From the human T2T-CHM13v2.0 reference genome, Homo sapiens: a stretch of 64,000 nucleotides of DNA. Location: NCBI RefSeq assembly GCF_009914755.1, contig NC_060937.1; one strand, given 5' to 3'. Position 1 is the stretch's first letter; every line of letters begins with the position of its first letter. Shown here piece by piece: positions 1 to 12,008 of the stretch. The position numbers and the translations under genes were made by a program. The notes beneath the pieces were generated by a model, which was not told where the DNA came from, ran no database searches, and worked only from the letters and a program-made list of their open reading frames with translations.

Positions 1-870
1 CACCTCAATAGATGCAGAAATGACTTTTGATAAAATTCAAAATCCCTTCCCATTAAAAACCCTCACCAAACTAGGCACTGAAGGAACATACCTCAAACAA
101 ATAAGAGCTATCTATGAGAAACCCACAGCCAACCTCATAGTGAATAGGCAAAAGCTGGAAGCATTCCCCTCGAGAACCAGAAGACAAGGATGCCCACTCT
201 CACCACTCCTATTCAGCGCAGTACTGGAAGTCCTGACCAAAGCAATCAGGCAAGAGAAAGAAATAAAGTGCATCTAAATAGGAAGAGAGGAAGTTAGACT
301 ATCTCTCTTCACAGATGATATGATTCTATATACATAAGACCATTGTTTCTGCTCCTAGAAAAGGTAAACAACTTTAGTAAAGTTTCGGAGTACAAAACCA
401 GTGTAAGAAATCAGTAGCATTTCTATACAATAACGGCAAGCTGAGAACCACATCAAGAATGCAATCTCATTCACAACAGCCACAACAGAAATAAAATACC
501 TACAAATACAGCTAACAAGAGAGGTGAAAGATTTCTACAATGCGATTTACAAAACACTGTTGAAAGAAATCAGAGTTGACACCACAAACAAATGAAAAAG
601 CATTCCACGCTCATGGATAGGAAGAAACAATATTGCTAAACCGGCCATATGTCTAAAGCAATGTACAGATTCAATGCTATTTCTATCAAACTACCAATGT
701 CATTTTTCACAGAATTAGAAAAAAAAACTATTCTAAAATTCATATGGAACCAAAAAGAAGCCCAAATAACCAAAGCAATTCTAAGCAAAACAAACAAACA
801 AGCCAGAGACATCACACTACCTGACTTCAAACTATACAAGACTACAGTAACCAAATAGTATTTTGCTGGT

Positions 871-926
871 AAAAACAAACAAACAAAAAGCAACAACCAA
901 AACAAAACAAAACAAACAAACAAAAC
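871..926 (+). repeat. A-rich (AAAC/AAAAC)n microsatellite expanded inside L1 ORF2
   Basis: aaaaacaaacaaacaaaaagcaacaaccaaaacaaaacaaaacaaacaaacaaaac where the L1 consensus has only a short A-run. Confidence 0.85.
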
Positions 927-1041
927 AGACTTATAGACCAAAGGAACAGGTTAGAGAATTCAGAAATGAAGTCAGAAACCTACAGTCATCTGATCTTCGA
1001 CAATGTTAACAAAAACAAGCAATCAGTAAAGGACTCACTAT

Positions 1042-1449
1042 TGTTAAAAGAAAATCCTTAGCCAAATTAAATTTAACATAGTTTAATTGAGCAAAGAATG
1101 TTAACGTGAATAGGGCAAACTCTTGAGCCAGAGTAGGCTGAGAGAGACTCCAGGGCAGCCACATGGTTGAATAAGATTTATAGACAGAAAAAGAAAAGTG
1201 ACATACAGAAAACAGACGTGAGATACAGAAACAGCTAGATTGGTTACAAAAAAATCAGCATCTAACTTATTTGAACATGGTTTGAACAGTTGGCCCCCTT
1301 TGATTGAGCAAAACTTGGTGATTGGCACAAGAGTAAGTTACATTCTATTTATACCTCTATTTAGATTATACTTTATTATGTACAGAGAAACTTTTAAGCT
1401 GAACTTAAAATATTTAAGGAGGCAGCTTTGGATTAACCTTGATTTAGCA
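1042..1449 (-). mobile_element. MER57-type (ERV1) solo LTR nested in the L1
   Basis: TG...CA termini (tgttaaaagaaaatccttagccaaattaaattt ... gatttagca). 4-bp TSD CTAT at 1038-1041 and 1450-1453. The L1 sequence ggactcactat|tcaataaatggtg rejoins across it. Confidence 0.85.
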
Positions 1450-2711
1450 CTATTCAATAAATGGTGATGGGATAACTGGCTAGCCATATGCAGAAGATTG
1501 AAACCAGACTCCTCCCTTTCACCATATACAAAATCAACTCAAGATGGATTAAACACTTAAACTTAAAACTATAAAAAACCCTGGAAGAAAACCTAGGTAA
1601 TTCCATTCTGGACAGGGGCATTGGTAAAGATTTCATAACAAAGATACCAAAAGCAATTGGAACAGAAGCAAAAACTGACAAGTGAGAACTAATTGAACTA
1701 AAGGGTTTCTGCATAGCTGAATAAATTATCACAGAGTAAACTGACAACCTACAGAATGGGAGAAAATGCAAACTACCCAACAAAGGTCTAATATCCAGAA
1801 TCTACAAGAAACTTAAACATATCCACAAGCAAAAACCAAATAACCCCATTAAAAAACAGAAAAGGGACATGAACAGACACTTCTTAAAGGAAGACATACA
1901 AGTAGCCAACAAACATATGAAAAGACGCTCCACATCACTAATCATCAGAGAAATGCAAATTGAAACCACAATGAGATACCATCTTAAACCAGTCAGAATG
2001 GCTATGATTAAAGAGTAAAAAAAATTACAGATGTTGGTGAAGTTGCAGAGAAAAGGGAATGCTTATACACTGTTGGTGGGAATGTAAATTAGTTCATCTA
2101 CCATAGGAAGCAGTTTGAAGATTTGTCAGATACCTTAAAACAGAACTACCATTCATCCCTGCTATCCCATTACTAGGTATATACTCAAAAGAAATAAATA
2201 ATTCTACCATAAAGACACATGCATGTGTATGTTCACTGCAGCACTTTTCACAATAGTAAAGACATGTCATGAACCTACATCCCCATCAATGGTGGACTAG
2301 ATAAAGTAAATGTGGTACATATACACCATGGAATACTATGCAACCATAAAAAATAATGAAATCAGGCCCTATGAAGCAACAGGGTACAGCTGGAGGCCAT
2401 TATCCTAAGTGCATTAATAGTGGAACACACCACCAAATACGGAATGTTCTCACTTATATGTGGGTGCTAAACTTTGAATTCACATGGACACAAAGAGGGG
2501 AACAATAGACACTGAGGCCTACTTGAGGGTGGAGGGATGGAGAAAGATGAGGATTGAAAAACTACCCATCGGATACTATACTTACTACCTGGATGATGAA
2601 ATCATTTGGACATCAAACTCAAGCAAGACACAATTTACTCATGCAACAAACCGGCAAATGTACTCTCTGAACTTAAAATAAAAGTTTGAAGGAAACAAAT
2701 AATAAAATAAA

Positions 2712-4530
2712 ATAAAATTCAACATCCCTTCATGAGAAAAAGATTGTCAATAGCTAGGCATAGAAGGAACACACTTTAACATAATAAAGACCACTTATGA
2801 TAAACCAACAACTAACATCATACTGAATGGAGAAAAGCTGAAAGCTTTTCATCTAGGAACTGTGTCAAGACAAAGATGCCAACTTACACCACTTCTATTC
2901 AAAATAGTGAGCTTCAATAGCCAAAGAAATACTGAGGAAAAAGAGCAAAGCTAGAGGCATCACATTATCTGACTTAAACCATATTAAAACTCTATAGTAA
3001 TCATAACATCATAACATTACTATAGAAACAGTCACATCGACCTAAAAAATAAAATGAAGAAACCAGAAGTAAATCTACGTTTTTACAGCCAACCTATTTT
3101 TGACAACAGTTCCAAGAACATACATTGATAAACTTTTTCAATAAATGCTGCTGAAAAAATTGAATATGAATAGGCAGAAGAATAAAACCAAATCCCTATA
3201 CAGAAAACAAACCCCTATATACCTTCTCACTATATACAAAAAATCATCTCAGGATAAATTAAATACTTCAATATAAAACCTGAAACTATAAAACTATTAG
3301 AAGAAAACCTAAGGAAAACACTTCAGAACATTGGTCTTAGCAAAGATTTTTATGACTAAGACCTCTCAAGCACAAGCAACACAAACAAAAGTAGACAAAT
3401 GGGACTTTATTAAACTAAAAAGCTGCACAGCAAAGGAAACAATCAACAGTGAGGAGACAACCTATTGAATAGGATAAACTATTTGCAAACTATTGATCTG
3501 ACAAAGGCAAATATCTATAATATACAAGGAACTCAAACAACTCGGCAGAATAAAATACATAATACCATTATAAAGTGGGAAAAATACATGAATAGTCATT
3601 TCTCAAAAGGATACACACAAATGTCCAACATATGAAAAAAATGTTCAACATTACTAATCATCAGCAAAATGCAAATAAATCAAAACCACAATGAGATATC
3701 TTTGTACTCCAGTTAGAATGACTATTATTGAAAGACAAAAAGTAACAGATACTGGCAAGATACAGAGAAAAGGGATTTTTTACACTCTTATACTGTTGGT
3801 GAGAATGTGAATTATTACAGCCACTATGGAGAATAGTATGGAGATTTGTAAAAAAACTAAAACTACAACTATTATGATTCAGCCATCCTACTACTGGATA
3901 TTTACTCAAAGTAAAAGGAATTAGTATATCAAAAGAGACTTGATTTCTATGTTTAGTGCAGCACTATTCACAGCAGAAATGATTTGGAATCAACCCAAGT
4001 GTCAGCCAATGGACAGATGGATAGAGAAGATGCAGTATGTACATGTAAGGAAAACTATTCAGCCATAAAAGAATGTAATCATGTATTTTTCTGCAATATG
4101 AATCAAAATTGAGGCCATTATGTTCATTGAATTAAGACAAATGTTTTATCTTTTTATTCATGGTTGGAAGTTTTAAAAGTTAATCTCATGGAGGTATAGA
4201 GTAGAATGATGGATAGCAGAGACAGAGAAGGGTGTGGGAATGGGGATGAGGGATAAAGAGAGTCTGGTTAATGGGTACAAACATATAGGAGGAATAAGTT
4301 CCAATGTTTGATAGCAAAGTAGGGTAATTATATTTAACAACAATGCATTGAATATTTCAGAATACCTAGAAGAGAGGACTTGAAATGTTCCCAACATACA
4401 GAAATGATAAATACTCGAGGTAATGTGTACTCTAAATAATCTGACTTGATAATTACACATTCTGAATGCAACAAAATATTGCATGTACCCCATAAATACA
4501 TACAGATATTATGTATCAAAAAATAAAAAA
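2712..4530 (+). mobile_element. Older LINE-1 (L1MA-type), ORF2 3' part and 3'UTR, with an internal deletion near 2910
   Basis: Starts mid-ORF2 (aaaattcaacatcccttcatg) and jumps about 0.5 kb of ORF2 at ~2910. Ends with an L1MA-type 3' end (gcatgtaccccataaatacatac...tatgtatcaaaaaataaaaaa). Confidence 0.85.
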
Positions 4531-5715
4531 GAAGAAATAGAAAACCACAATAAATTTATTACAAGTAAAGATGTTGAAATAGTAGTAATGATAATAAATT
4601 CTCAGAAAGAAAAGTTCAGGTCCAGATGGATTCACTTGTGAATTCTACCAAATATTTAAAGAAATATTAGCATCATTCTTTACAAAAATTTTCAAAAGAT
4701 GGAAATGGAGGGAACACTTCTCACCTTATGAGGACACGTTACCCTGGTACAAACCTAAACTAAGATATCACAGGAAGAAAAACTACAGATTGAAATCCTT
4801 AATGAATATGGAGACAAAAAATCCTCAACACAATATCAACGAACTTAAGTAGTAAAAATATAAAAATATATATTATGATTAATTGGGATTTATCTTTTGA
4901 ATGCAAGGTTGGTTCAACCAATGAAAATTAATTGATGTCACATAATGCATATATATAATTAAATAACACACGATTGTCACAATAGACCAACACTTGACAA
5001 AGCACATCTTATTTTTTTAATCATAAGAACAATAACAAGCTAAAAATGGAAGAGAAATTTTTCAACCCAAGAAAGAGCATGTTTGAAAAATCTATTAACT
5101 AATGTACTTAATGATGAAAGACATAAAGCTTTCCCCATGGTGAAAGACATAAAGCTTTCCCCATAAAACTAGAAACAAGGCAAGAAGGTTGGCTTCCACC
5201 ATTTCTAATAAACATTGTACTGGCAGTAAGGACAGTTAGGGAAGAAAAAGAGATAAAGGCATGCAGATGAAAAATAAAGAAGTAAATCAGTCCCTATTTG
5301 TAGATGACATGTTTTGGATAGAGAAAATATTATAAAATCTATTAAAATATATTATTACAAGTAATAAATGAGTTAAAAATTTTGCAGTGTACAAGATGAA
5401 TGTACAAAAATCAATTACAACACAAATTTTGAAAACTATAATAATTGAAAGTAGTCAGTTATAGCAAAAACCAAATACTAAATGAAATTTACATAAATGC
5501 AACTAATAGGCAAATCCATAATAACTGAAAGTGGTTGTAAGGGATGGGGGCAAGGAAGTGATTACTGAAGGTATAGAATTTCTATATGGGGCTAGGAAGA
5601 CATTCTAAAATTAGGAAGTGGTAATGACTGTACAACTCTATGAAGATACTAAAAACAACTGAAGAGTAAACTGAAAATAATGACTTTTATGGCATGTGAA
5701 TTACATCTCAATGAG
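4531..5715 (+). mobile_element. Still older LINE-1 (L1MB/L1M-type) ORF2 fragment joined to a 3'UTR fragment
   Basis: Degenerate ORF2 (ccagatggattcacttgtgaattctaccaaatatttaaagaa; ctatttgtagatgacatg) followed by an L1MB-like 3' end (ttttatggcatgtgaattacatctcaat). Confidence 0.75.
5111..5162 (+). repeat. 26-bp tandem duplication
   Basis: atgatgaaagacataaagctttcccc / atggtgaaagacataaagctttcccc, 1 mismatch. Confidence 0.95.
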
Positions 5716-6469
5716 TATGCTCTTAATAAGACAATTTTGTGAATGATATAATGTATTATAATAAACACAAATATATCAAGCTATTTTCATAGAAAAGTAA
5801 TGCTTTAAACTTAAATACTTTTCAGTCTTAAATTTGCACTTGTTATCTAACTATGCATTTGAATATGTTTATATTTAGAAAACTTTGATGGATAAGGATT
5901 ATTTTACTGTATATTTTTATTTGAGCAAGTTTTGTTTCTTCCCAGAAATTGTCATTTACTGTAATATTCTAATAGTTATATACATGACTGACATAAAAAA
6001 TGTGTTTCTACATCTTTAAATTACTATTATATGACTATCACGTTATCCACTCTGAGAAAGTACAGGAATCTTGAATTAAAATGAATCTAAGAGTATTGAG
6101 AGCTTTGGAAAATGTCAAGTTGTTTTCAAGTAATGTATTTCTTACTAAACTAGTGTTTTTCTATTTCCTACACTGCTATGGAGCTTAGGAAACTCACTGA
6201 TGCTTTGCAAGGTAAAATAAATAGATGAATAAAATAAGGGATATTGACTTCAACTTTTAGTTAGATATTTTCAAAAACTCTATCCTTATCTCTATATCTC
6301 TATCTCTATTGCTATCGAAACACAAACATACACACATATACATCTATAAATACAATCATCTATAAAAATATTTTTTCTACTATTTATAAAGACCCGTGTT
6401 TTATAGTTCTCAGTAAAGTGAAAGAGGATAATGCTTGGAAAAATGCTTGACATTTGTGAAAAGTCCAAA

Positions 6470-6900
6470 TTCTTGTCAAACATAAACAAATCTGGACTTA
6501 ATATGCAGAGACTTTTTCAAAAAGACCATTGCAATATATAGATGCGTATGTTAATTGGCTCGATTTAATCATCCCACAATGCAGGCATAAATCAAGCATC
6601 ACAGTATAAATATATGCAATTATTATTCATCAAGTAAAAATAAAATAAATATAAAAGTATGTTTTAACAAAAGATCATTGCAATAGGGAGAATGCTCTGA
6701 CCTCACGATCTGCAGGCATCTTTAAATCAAAAAGAAAAAGATTCGTGTTAAACAGGGAGAAGAGAGTCAGACTAGCAGGTATACTGTGGAATGCAGGAAA
6801 AGCAGGTGGCCTGGGCAGGTGGCAAAATCAGATCTTTTCAACAGGAAATGTATTTCTCCATAATGGCTTATTCTCAGAATAAGCTGTTAACTGGGAATGT
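6470..6900 (-). mobile_element. Ancient ERV1-like LTR fragment (family uncertain), host of a short L1 insert
   Basis: LTR-like minus-strand motif gagactttttcaaaaagaccattgcaatagggagaatg...; boundaries approximate. Confidence 0.4.
6537..6668 (+). mobile_element. Severely 5'-truncated L1M 3' end (~130 bp) with 17-bp TSD
   Basis: L1MA-like terminus (tatgttaattggctcgatttaatcatcccacaatg...A-rich tail). TSD aaaagaccattgcaata 6520-6536 / aaaagatcattgcaata 6669-6685. Confidence 0.8.
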
Positions 6901-7145
6901 TTTACACCTTAGTACATTTAAAATGATTATTTGTATTATGCTTTTAGTTTAATAGAACTACAAATGTTACCATTACAGGGGAAGGGAAAGGCTTTGACGT
7001 ATGCATTTCTAAATAACCTAGGGGATTTACTAAGCATAGTAGATGAGCAGTGTCACAGTTGATCAAGTAGTTTAAAATGTAGAAAATTAAGTATTAGGAA
7101 GGTACATGAAGCTATATGATATTTCTTTTGCCTTTATAATTTTTA

Positions 7146-7433
7146 TTTTTTGAGACAGAGTCTCACTCTGTTCCCCAGGCTGGAGTGCAGTGGTGCCATC
7201 TCAGCTCACTGCAACATCTGCCCCCTGGATTCAAGCGATTCTCTTGCCTCAGCCTCCTGAGTAGCTGAGATTACAGGTGCCCACCACCACGCCCGGCTAA
7301 TTTTTGTATTTTTAGTAGGGATGGGGTTTTACTATGTTGGCCAGGCTTGTCTCAAACTTCTGACCTCAGGTGATCCACCTGCCTTGGCCCCCCAAAATGC
7401 TAGGATTACAGGCATGAGCCACCGCGCCCGGCC
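7146..7433 (-). mobile_element. Alu (AluS, Sx-like)
   Basis: Full dimeric Alu, reverse complement. TSD tgcctt(t/a)ataattttta at 7129-7145 and 7434-7450. Confidence 0.97.
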
Positions 7434-8194
7434 TGCCTTAATAATTTTTAAGTTTTAAAAATTATGGTAGAAACAATGTATTCTTAAGGTTAGAAACCTA
7501 GCTCAGTTACGTGTGGTTTATGTTTTCTGGATTAATCTGGATTTTTATAATTAGAAAATATAAGATTTTGAGCCCACTAATGCTTTGTTAAAAACAATAC
7601 AAGTCAATGTAATAGAAGCATTCATATGTGCAACATCATAAGACAAAACAGCAAGACCTTAGTGCTTTTCTAAGCTTGTTGAAATCCAAAGCCGATTGCC
7701 TCTAAGGTTAGAAGCCTGACTGTATTTGTTCAAGCCCAGTAAGTGGGTAAGTGGTTGGCTACTGTGATCGCTTGATCATGGTCAAACGTGTTAAAGAGTT
7801 AATTATGAAAGACAGACAGAAAAATGAGAGTAGATATCAAGTATGCAGTCTATAGTTACATTTATGAAATTGCACAAAAAATGATCCACATCTCCCTAGA
7901 TGTTCCGCAAAATTTATGAGATTTTGCTGTGGTTTATCTTCCTACGTCTAATATTTAAATTATCTCTCTGTTTCATCATTGACATATACAATTTATCTGT
8001 TAGGCAGACATTATTACACTTCCTAAGAATGCAAGCTTGGAAGTCAGACAGGTCTGGCATTCCAGCTTTGTTCTGTTCAGTAAAAGTTGTGAAAACTTTA
8101 GATAAATAAGCTCAGAGTCTAAGACACTAATATAATTTTTAAATGATTTAAAGGTATCTTCCGCATGGCATTAAAAAGCTAATTGCTAAAAATA

Positions 8195-8485
8195 GGCCAG
8201 GTGTGGTGGCTAATGCCTGTAATCCCAGCACTTCAGGAGGCTGAGTTGGGTGGATCACTTGAGGTCAGGAGTTCGAGACACCGGTCAACATGGTAAACCC
8301 CACCTCTACTAAAAGTACAAAAATTAGCTGGGTGTGGTGGCGGCACCTGTAATCCCAGCTACTCAGGAGGCTGAGTCAGGAGAATTTCTTGAACCTGGGA
8401 GACAGAGATTGCAGTGAGCCGAGGTCACACCACTACACTCCAGCCTGAACAATAAAGCAAGACTCTGTCTCAAAAAAATAAAAAA
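8195..8485 (+). mobile_element. Alu (AluS)
   Basis: ggccaggtgtggtggctaatgcctgtaatcccagc ... A tail; degenerate TSD. Confidence 0.97.
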
Positions 8486-9429
8486 GATAGTAGCTAAAAA
8501 CAAGAGAGTGGGCCTGAGAGAGACAGACAGACAAATAGAGTGATAGAAATTATAGCTTATTCTGCCTTTGCTCAAAATCAGTCAGTCCTTATCAAATCAA
8601 AGATTACACTTACTTAGAATGCCATTGTCAAATAGGGAATTGTCACAGTATGGGATGAATCTAACTTCGAAGAGCCTTTTATTTTTTATCTTTTTTAGAA
8701 AATGTATTTATATTAATATCTTGAAAAATGTGTCCAAATATTTTTGATAATTATTTTGTAAAACAAGGACAAACTTGATATTGCCTCAAATTTGGCAATT
8801 AATATTCTAGTTTAAAAATCTATATTTATTATTCATAACATGACAAACATACATTTTTAAGAGCTTTTTATCTACCTAGTAGACAACATCTTTTGTTATT
8901 TTTTATTTTACCTACTTATATTACTGTATTAAAGTTTTAATACTGTCATGTCACAAATTCATTAAATTATTAAGTGAAAAGATTAATGTTTGCCACTTAC
9001 GGCAAAATTATGTCTATGTATAAACTATGGCTCAAATATGTTTCTCAATCTATTTTTCTTCTTTATTTGTTAATGAGATTTGGAGACTTATACACATTTT
9101 TAATAAAGTTATTCAAATTATAGAAACTAGTCGTTTTTATTTTATCTTTACTACTACTGAGTATAAACTATCCCAGCTACATAAGTCTGCTAAATATTTA
9201 ATATTATTTGTCTTTCTCTTACTAAATGTTATGTTTTTTATTATGTAAATTCAAAATTATTTAATTGACAGAAGTTGATGAATACATAATTTTTCATTAT
9301 TTATTAAGTATGGAAAAAATATTCCCTTTCAAATTTATACTTTCTGTCTCCTACATCAAACATTATATTCTTAAATATTAATACTATATTTTAGTTTACA
9401 TTGTCTTTTGTTAAATTGTTGCTGCACTG

Positions 9430-9695
9430 CCTCAAGTGCTGTAACTTTAGTTATTACAAGTTAGTTGTTCACTACAAGTTAATAACTAATAACGTCTATA
9501 ACTAATAAGTTATAGACGTTATTAGTTTCATTTATATTTAACTAAGTTATATAAGTTATTAGTTATTACAAGTTATTTAATATCTCTAAACTCCAGTTTT
9601 GTCATCTGAACATTTTTGGTTATAATGGCTTTCACAGAGAACAAGAAATAATTTTCAAAATATAAGTGATAATGTAAGTGAAGGCACTAGCATAA
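9430..9695 (+). mobile_element. MIR fragment interrupted by a templated insertion
   Basis: MIR core-like caagttatttaatatctctaaactccagttttgtcatctg. Confidence 0.6.
9484..9527. repeat. Perfect inverted repeat (20-bp arms, 4-nt loop)
   Basis: aactaataacgtctataact-aata-agttatagacgttattagtt. Confidence 0.97.
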
Positions 9696-9738
9696 AATTT
9701 ATATTAATAGCATACTGAGCACGGTTTTTCTTCACCTT

Positions 9739-11165
9739 TTTCTTTTTTAAAAATTTGACAAATAACATTTCATATGCTTATTAGGTAAAACATTATGTTT
9801 CCAGGTACATGCACATTGTGGAATGGTTACCTCTAACTAAATAATGAATGCATTACCCACAGTTAACATTTTTGTAGTGAGAGCACTCAGCATCCACTCT
9901 GCATTTTTAAAGAATACAATATATATCCATTAACTATAGTCACCCTACTGAGCAATAGCTCTCTTGAATTTATTTCTCCTAACTGAAATTATGTTTTTCA
10001 TTGGCCAATCTCTCTTCATCTGCTCCTGGCAACCACTATTCTGCTTTCTATTTTTAGGCGATCGACTTTTATAGATTCCACATGTGAATGAGATCATATG
10101 ACATTTGTCTTTTTGTTTTTTATTGGCCTGGTTTATTTCATTTAACATAATGTCCTCAAGGTTCATCCATGTTGTTGCAAAAGACAGATTATTCTTCTTT
10201 CTAAATGGCTATATAGTATTTCATTTTCTATGTATCCTACATTTTAGCTGATAAATATTTAGGTTGATTCCATATCTTGGATACTGCAAAAAGTTCTGCA
10301 ATAAACATGGGAGTGCAGATATCTCTTTGAAATACTGGTTTTATTTCCTTTGGATATATACCCAGAGGTGGGATATGATATGTATCACATGTTAGTTCTA
10401 TTTCTAATTTTTTGAGGAACTTCCATATTGTTTTCAATAGTACCTGCACAAATGTACATTCCTACGAGCACTGTGTGTTACCTTATCCCTACATCCTTCT
10501 CATCTGCACTTGCTATCTTTTGTCTTTCTGATAATAGCCATTCTAACTGGAATGAGGTGATATCCCACTGTCGTTTTGATTTGCATTTTCCTGATGTTAG
10601 TGACACTGAGCATGTTTTCATATACCTGTTGACCATTTGCATGTATTTGTATGTCTTCTTTTGAAAAAAATATCTATTAAGGTCTTTTCACAGCCATCTG
10701 AATTTCAACAAGTATGTTAAGAACACACACTGAGGAAAGAACACCTTCTTCAAAGTGGTTTTAGAGAAAAATAGACATTCACATTCAGAATAATGAAATA
10801 AGTCCCTTATACTTACCATACTTATCATATCTAAAACTCAACTCAAAATGAATCAAAGACTTAAATATAAGACCAGAAACTATAAAACTACAAGAAAAAA
10901 AGATAGGAGAAAGGCTCCATGACATTTGTTTGAGCAAGGATTTTCTGGATAAGACCTCAAAAGCGTAAGCAAAAAATAGACAAATGGGATTACATCAAAC
11001 CAAAAAGCTTCTGCACAGAAGAAGAAACAACTAACAGAGTGAAGAGACAATCTGTAAAATGAGCAAAATCTGGAAGCTATACATCTGATAAAGGGTTAAT
11101 AATCAATCAACTCAAATAACTCAAGAATAATAAAACAAACAACCTGATTTTTAAAATAAGCAAAT
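9739..11165 (-). mobile_element. L1MA-type LINE-1 with 5' inversion (twin priming)
   Basis: 9739-10690 is the 3' end on the minus strand and 10691-11165 is upstream ORF2 on the plus strand. The two pieces are contiguous in L1 coordinates. Degenerate TSD ttt(t/c)cttcacctt at ~9726-9738 and ~11175-11187. Confidence 0.85.
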
Positions 11166-11529
11166 CATATGTCTTTTCCTTCACCTTCACAATGAATTCC
11201 TTAAGGCTTTACATCTAGTCAGCACAAATTAACTCTACCTTAAATAAAAATCCTGATAATTTCTTGTTCTGTATTAGCAGTTGTACTGCAAAGTATATTT
11301 ATAATGGATTAATTAATTTGATATATAGTCATTGTCTGCTATGCCACCACTCTTAGGTCTCAGCATAAGGGTAAGTAGAGGGGACAGAAAAGGAAAAATG
11401 GAGACAATATTTTTCTTTAACAGCTTTTCTGTTTTGTGTGACAACTTAACATTAAATTCAATAATTTAACATTAAATACAAATAATCATTCAAGTAACAT
11501 TTTTGACTACATGTTAGAGAAAAATCGTT

Positions 11530-11655
11530 CTTAGCTTCTAAGTAGCAGATGCCAGAAGCATAACCCCCACTTTGTTACAGCCCATACTATCTCCAGATAT
11601 AGTTAAATGTCTTCTAAAGTAACAAACCCTCCCCAACAACCCTGTTGAGAACCAG
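11530..11655 (+). mobile_element. MER20 (hAT-Charlie) 3' fragment
   Basis: agatgccagaagca...tctccagatatagttaaatgtc...gttgagaaccag resembles the MER20 terminus. Confidence 0.65.
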
Positions 11656-11884
11656 TATGAAAATGCAAAACATCTGGACTATGATGGAAAGTTCCAATCA
11701 TAAAGATGAATACTGAAAAGTGGTTTTATTCAGGAAAATAACATGTTTAAATAGTTTTCAAAGTCTGTGATTATTCACAATAAAAAAAATTCTTCACTGG
11801 AAGTTACACAGGTTACATACATATACATATTACTAGCATTGTCAATCTTTTAAAATTTAACTTCACAAGTGAAGCCACTGACGT

Positions 11885-12000
11885 TCAAAGATTAACAATG
11901 CTAACTGTTGCAGAGGACACAGAGCCACTAGATTTCTTATACATTGCTGGTGAGGGTGTTAAGTAGTGCAGACACTTTGGAAAACAATGGCTAGTATTTT
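11885..12000 (+). mobile_element. Ancient L1M ORF2-end fragment
   Basis: tacattgctggtgagggtgttaagtagtgcagacactttggaaaacaatgg. Confidence 0.65.
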
Positions 12001-12008
12001 CATGAGAC

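Larger units (their letters stand above)
1..2716 (+). mobile_element. LINE-1 (older primate L1PA13-16/L1PB-type), ORF2 3' half + 3'UTR + A-rich tail; 5' part lies outside the window; interrupted by a MER57 LTR
   Basis: ORFs 20-277 ([11 protein letters not shown]) and 649-858 ([15 protein letters not shown]) are degenerate ORF2p RT/C-terminal peptides. L1 3'UTR at about 2480-2685, A-rich tail to about 2716. Many stops and frameshifts. Confidence 0.92.

Noticed and set aside
11446-11486. ~20-bp AT-rich tandem repeat (ttaacattaaat...)
   Set aside because: Short, degenerate and low-complexity; expected background.
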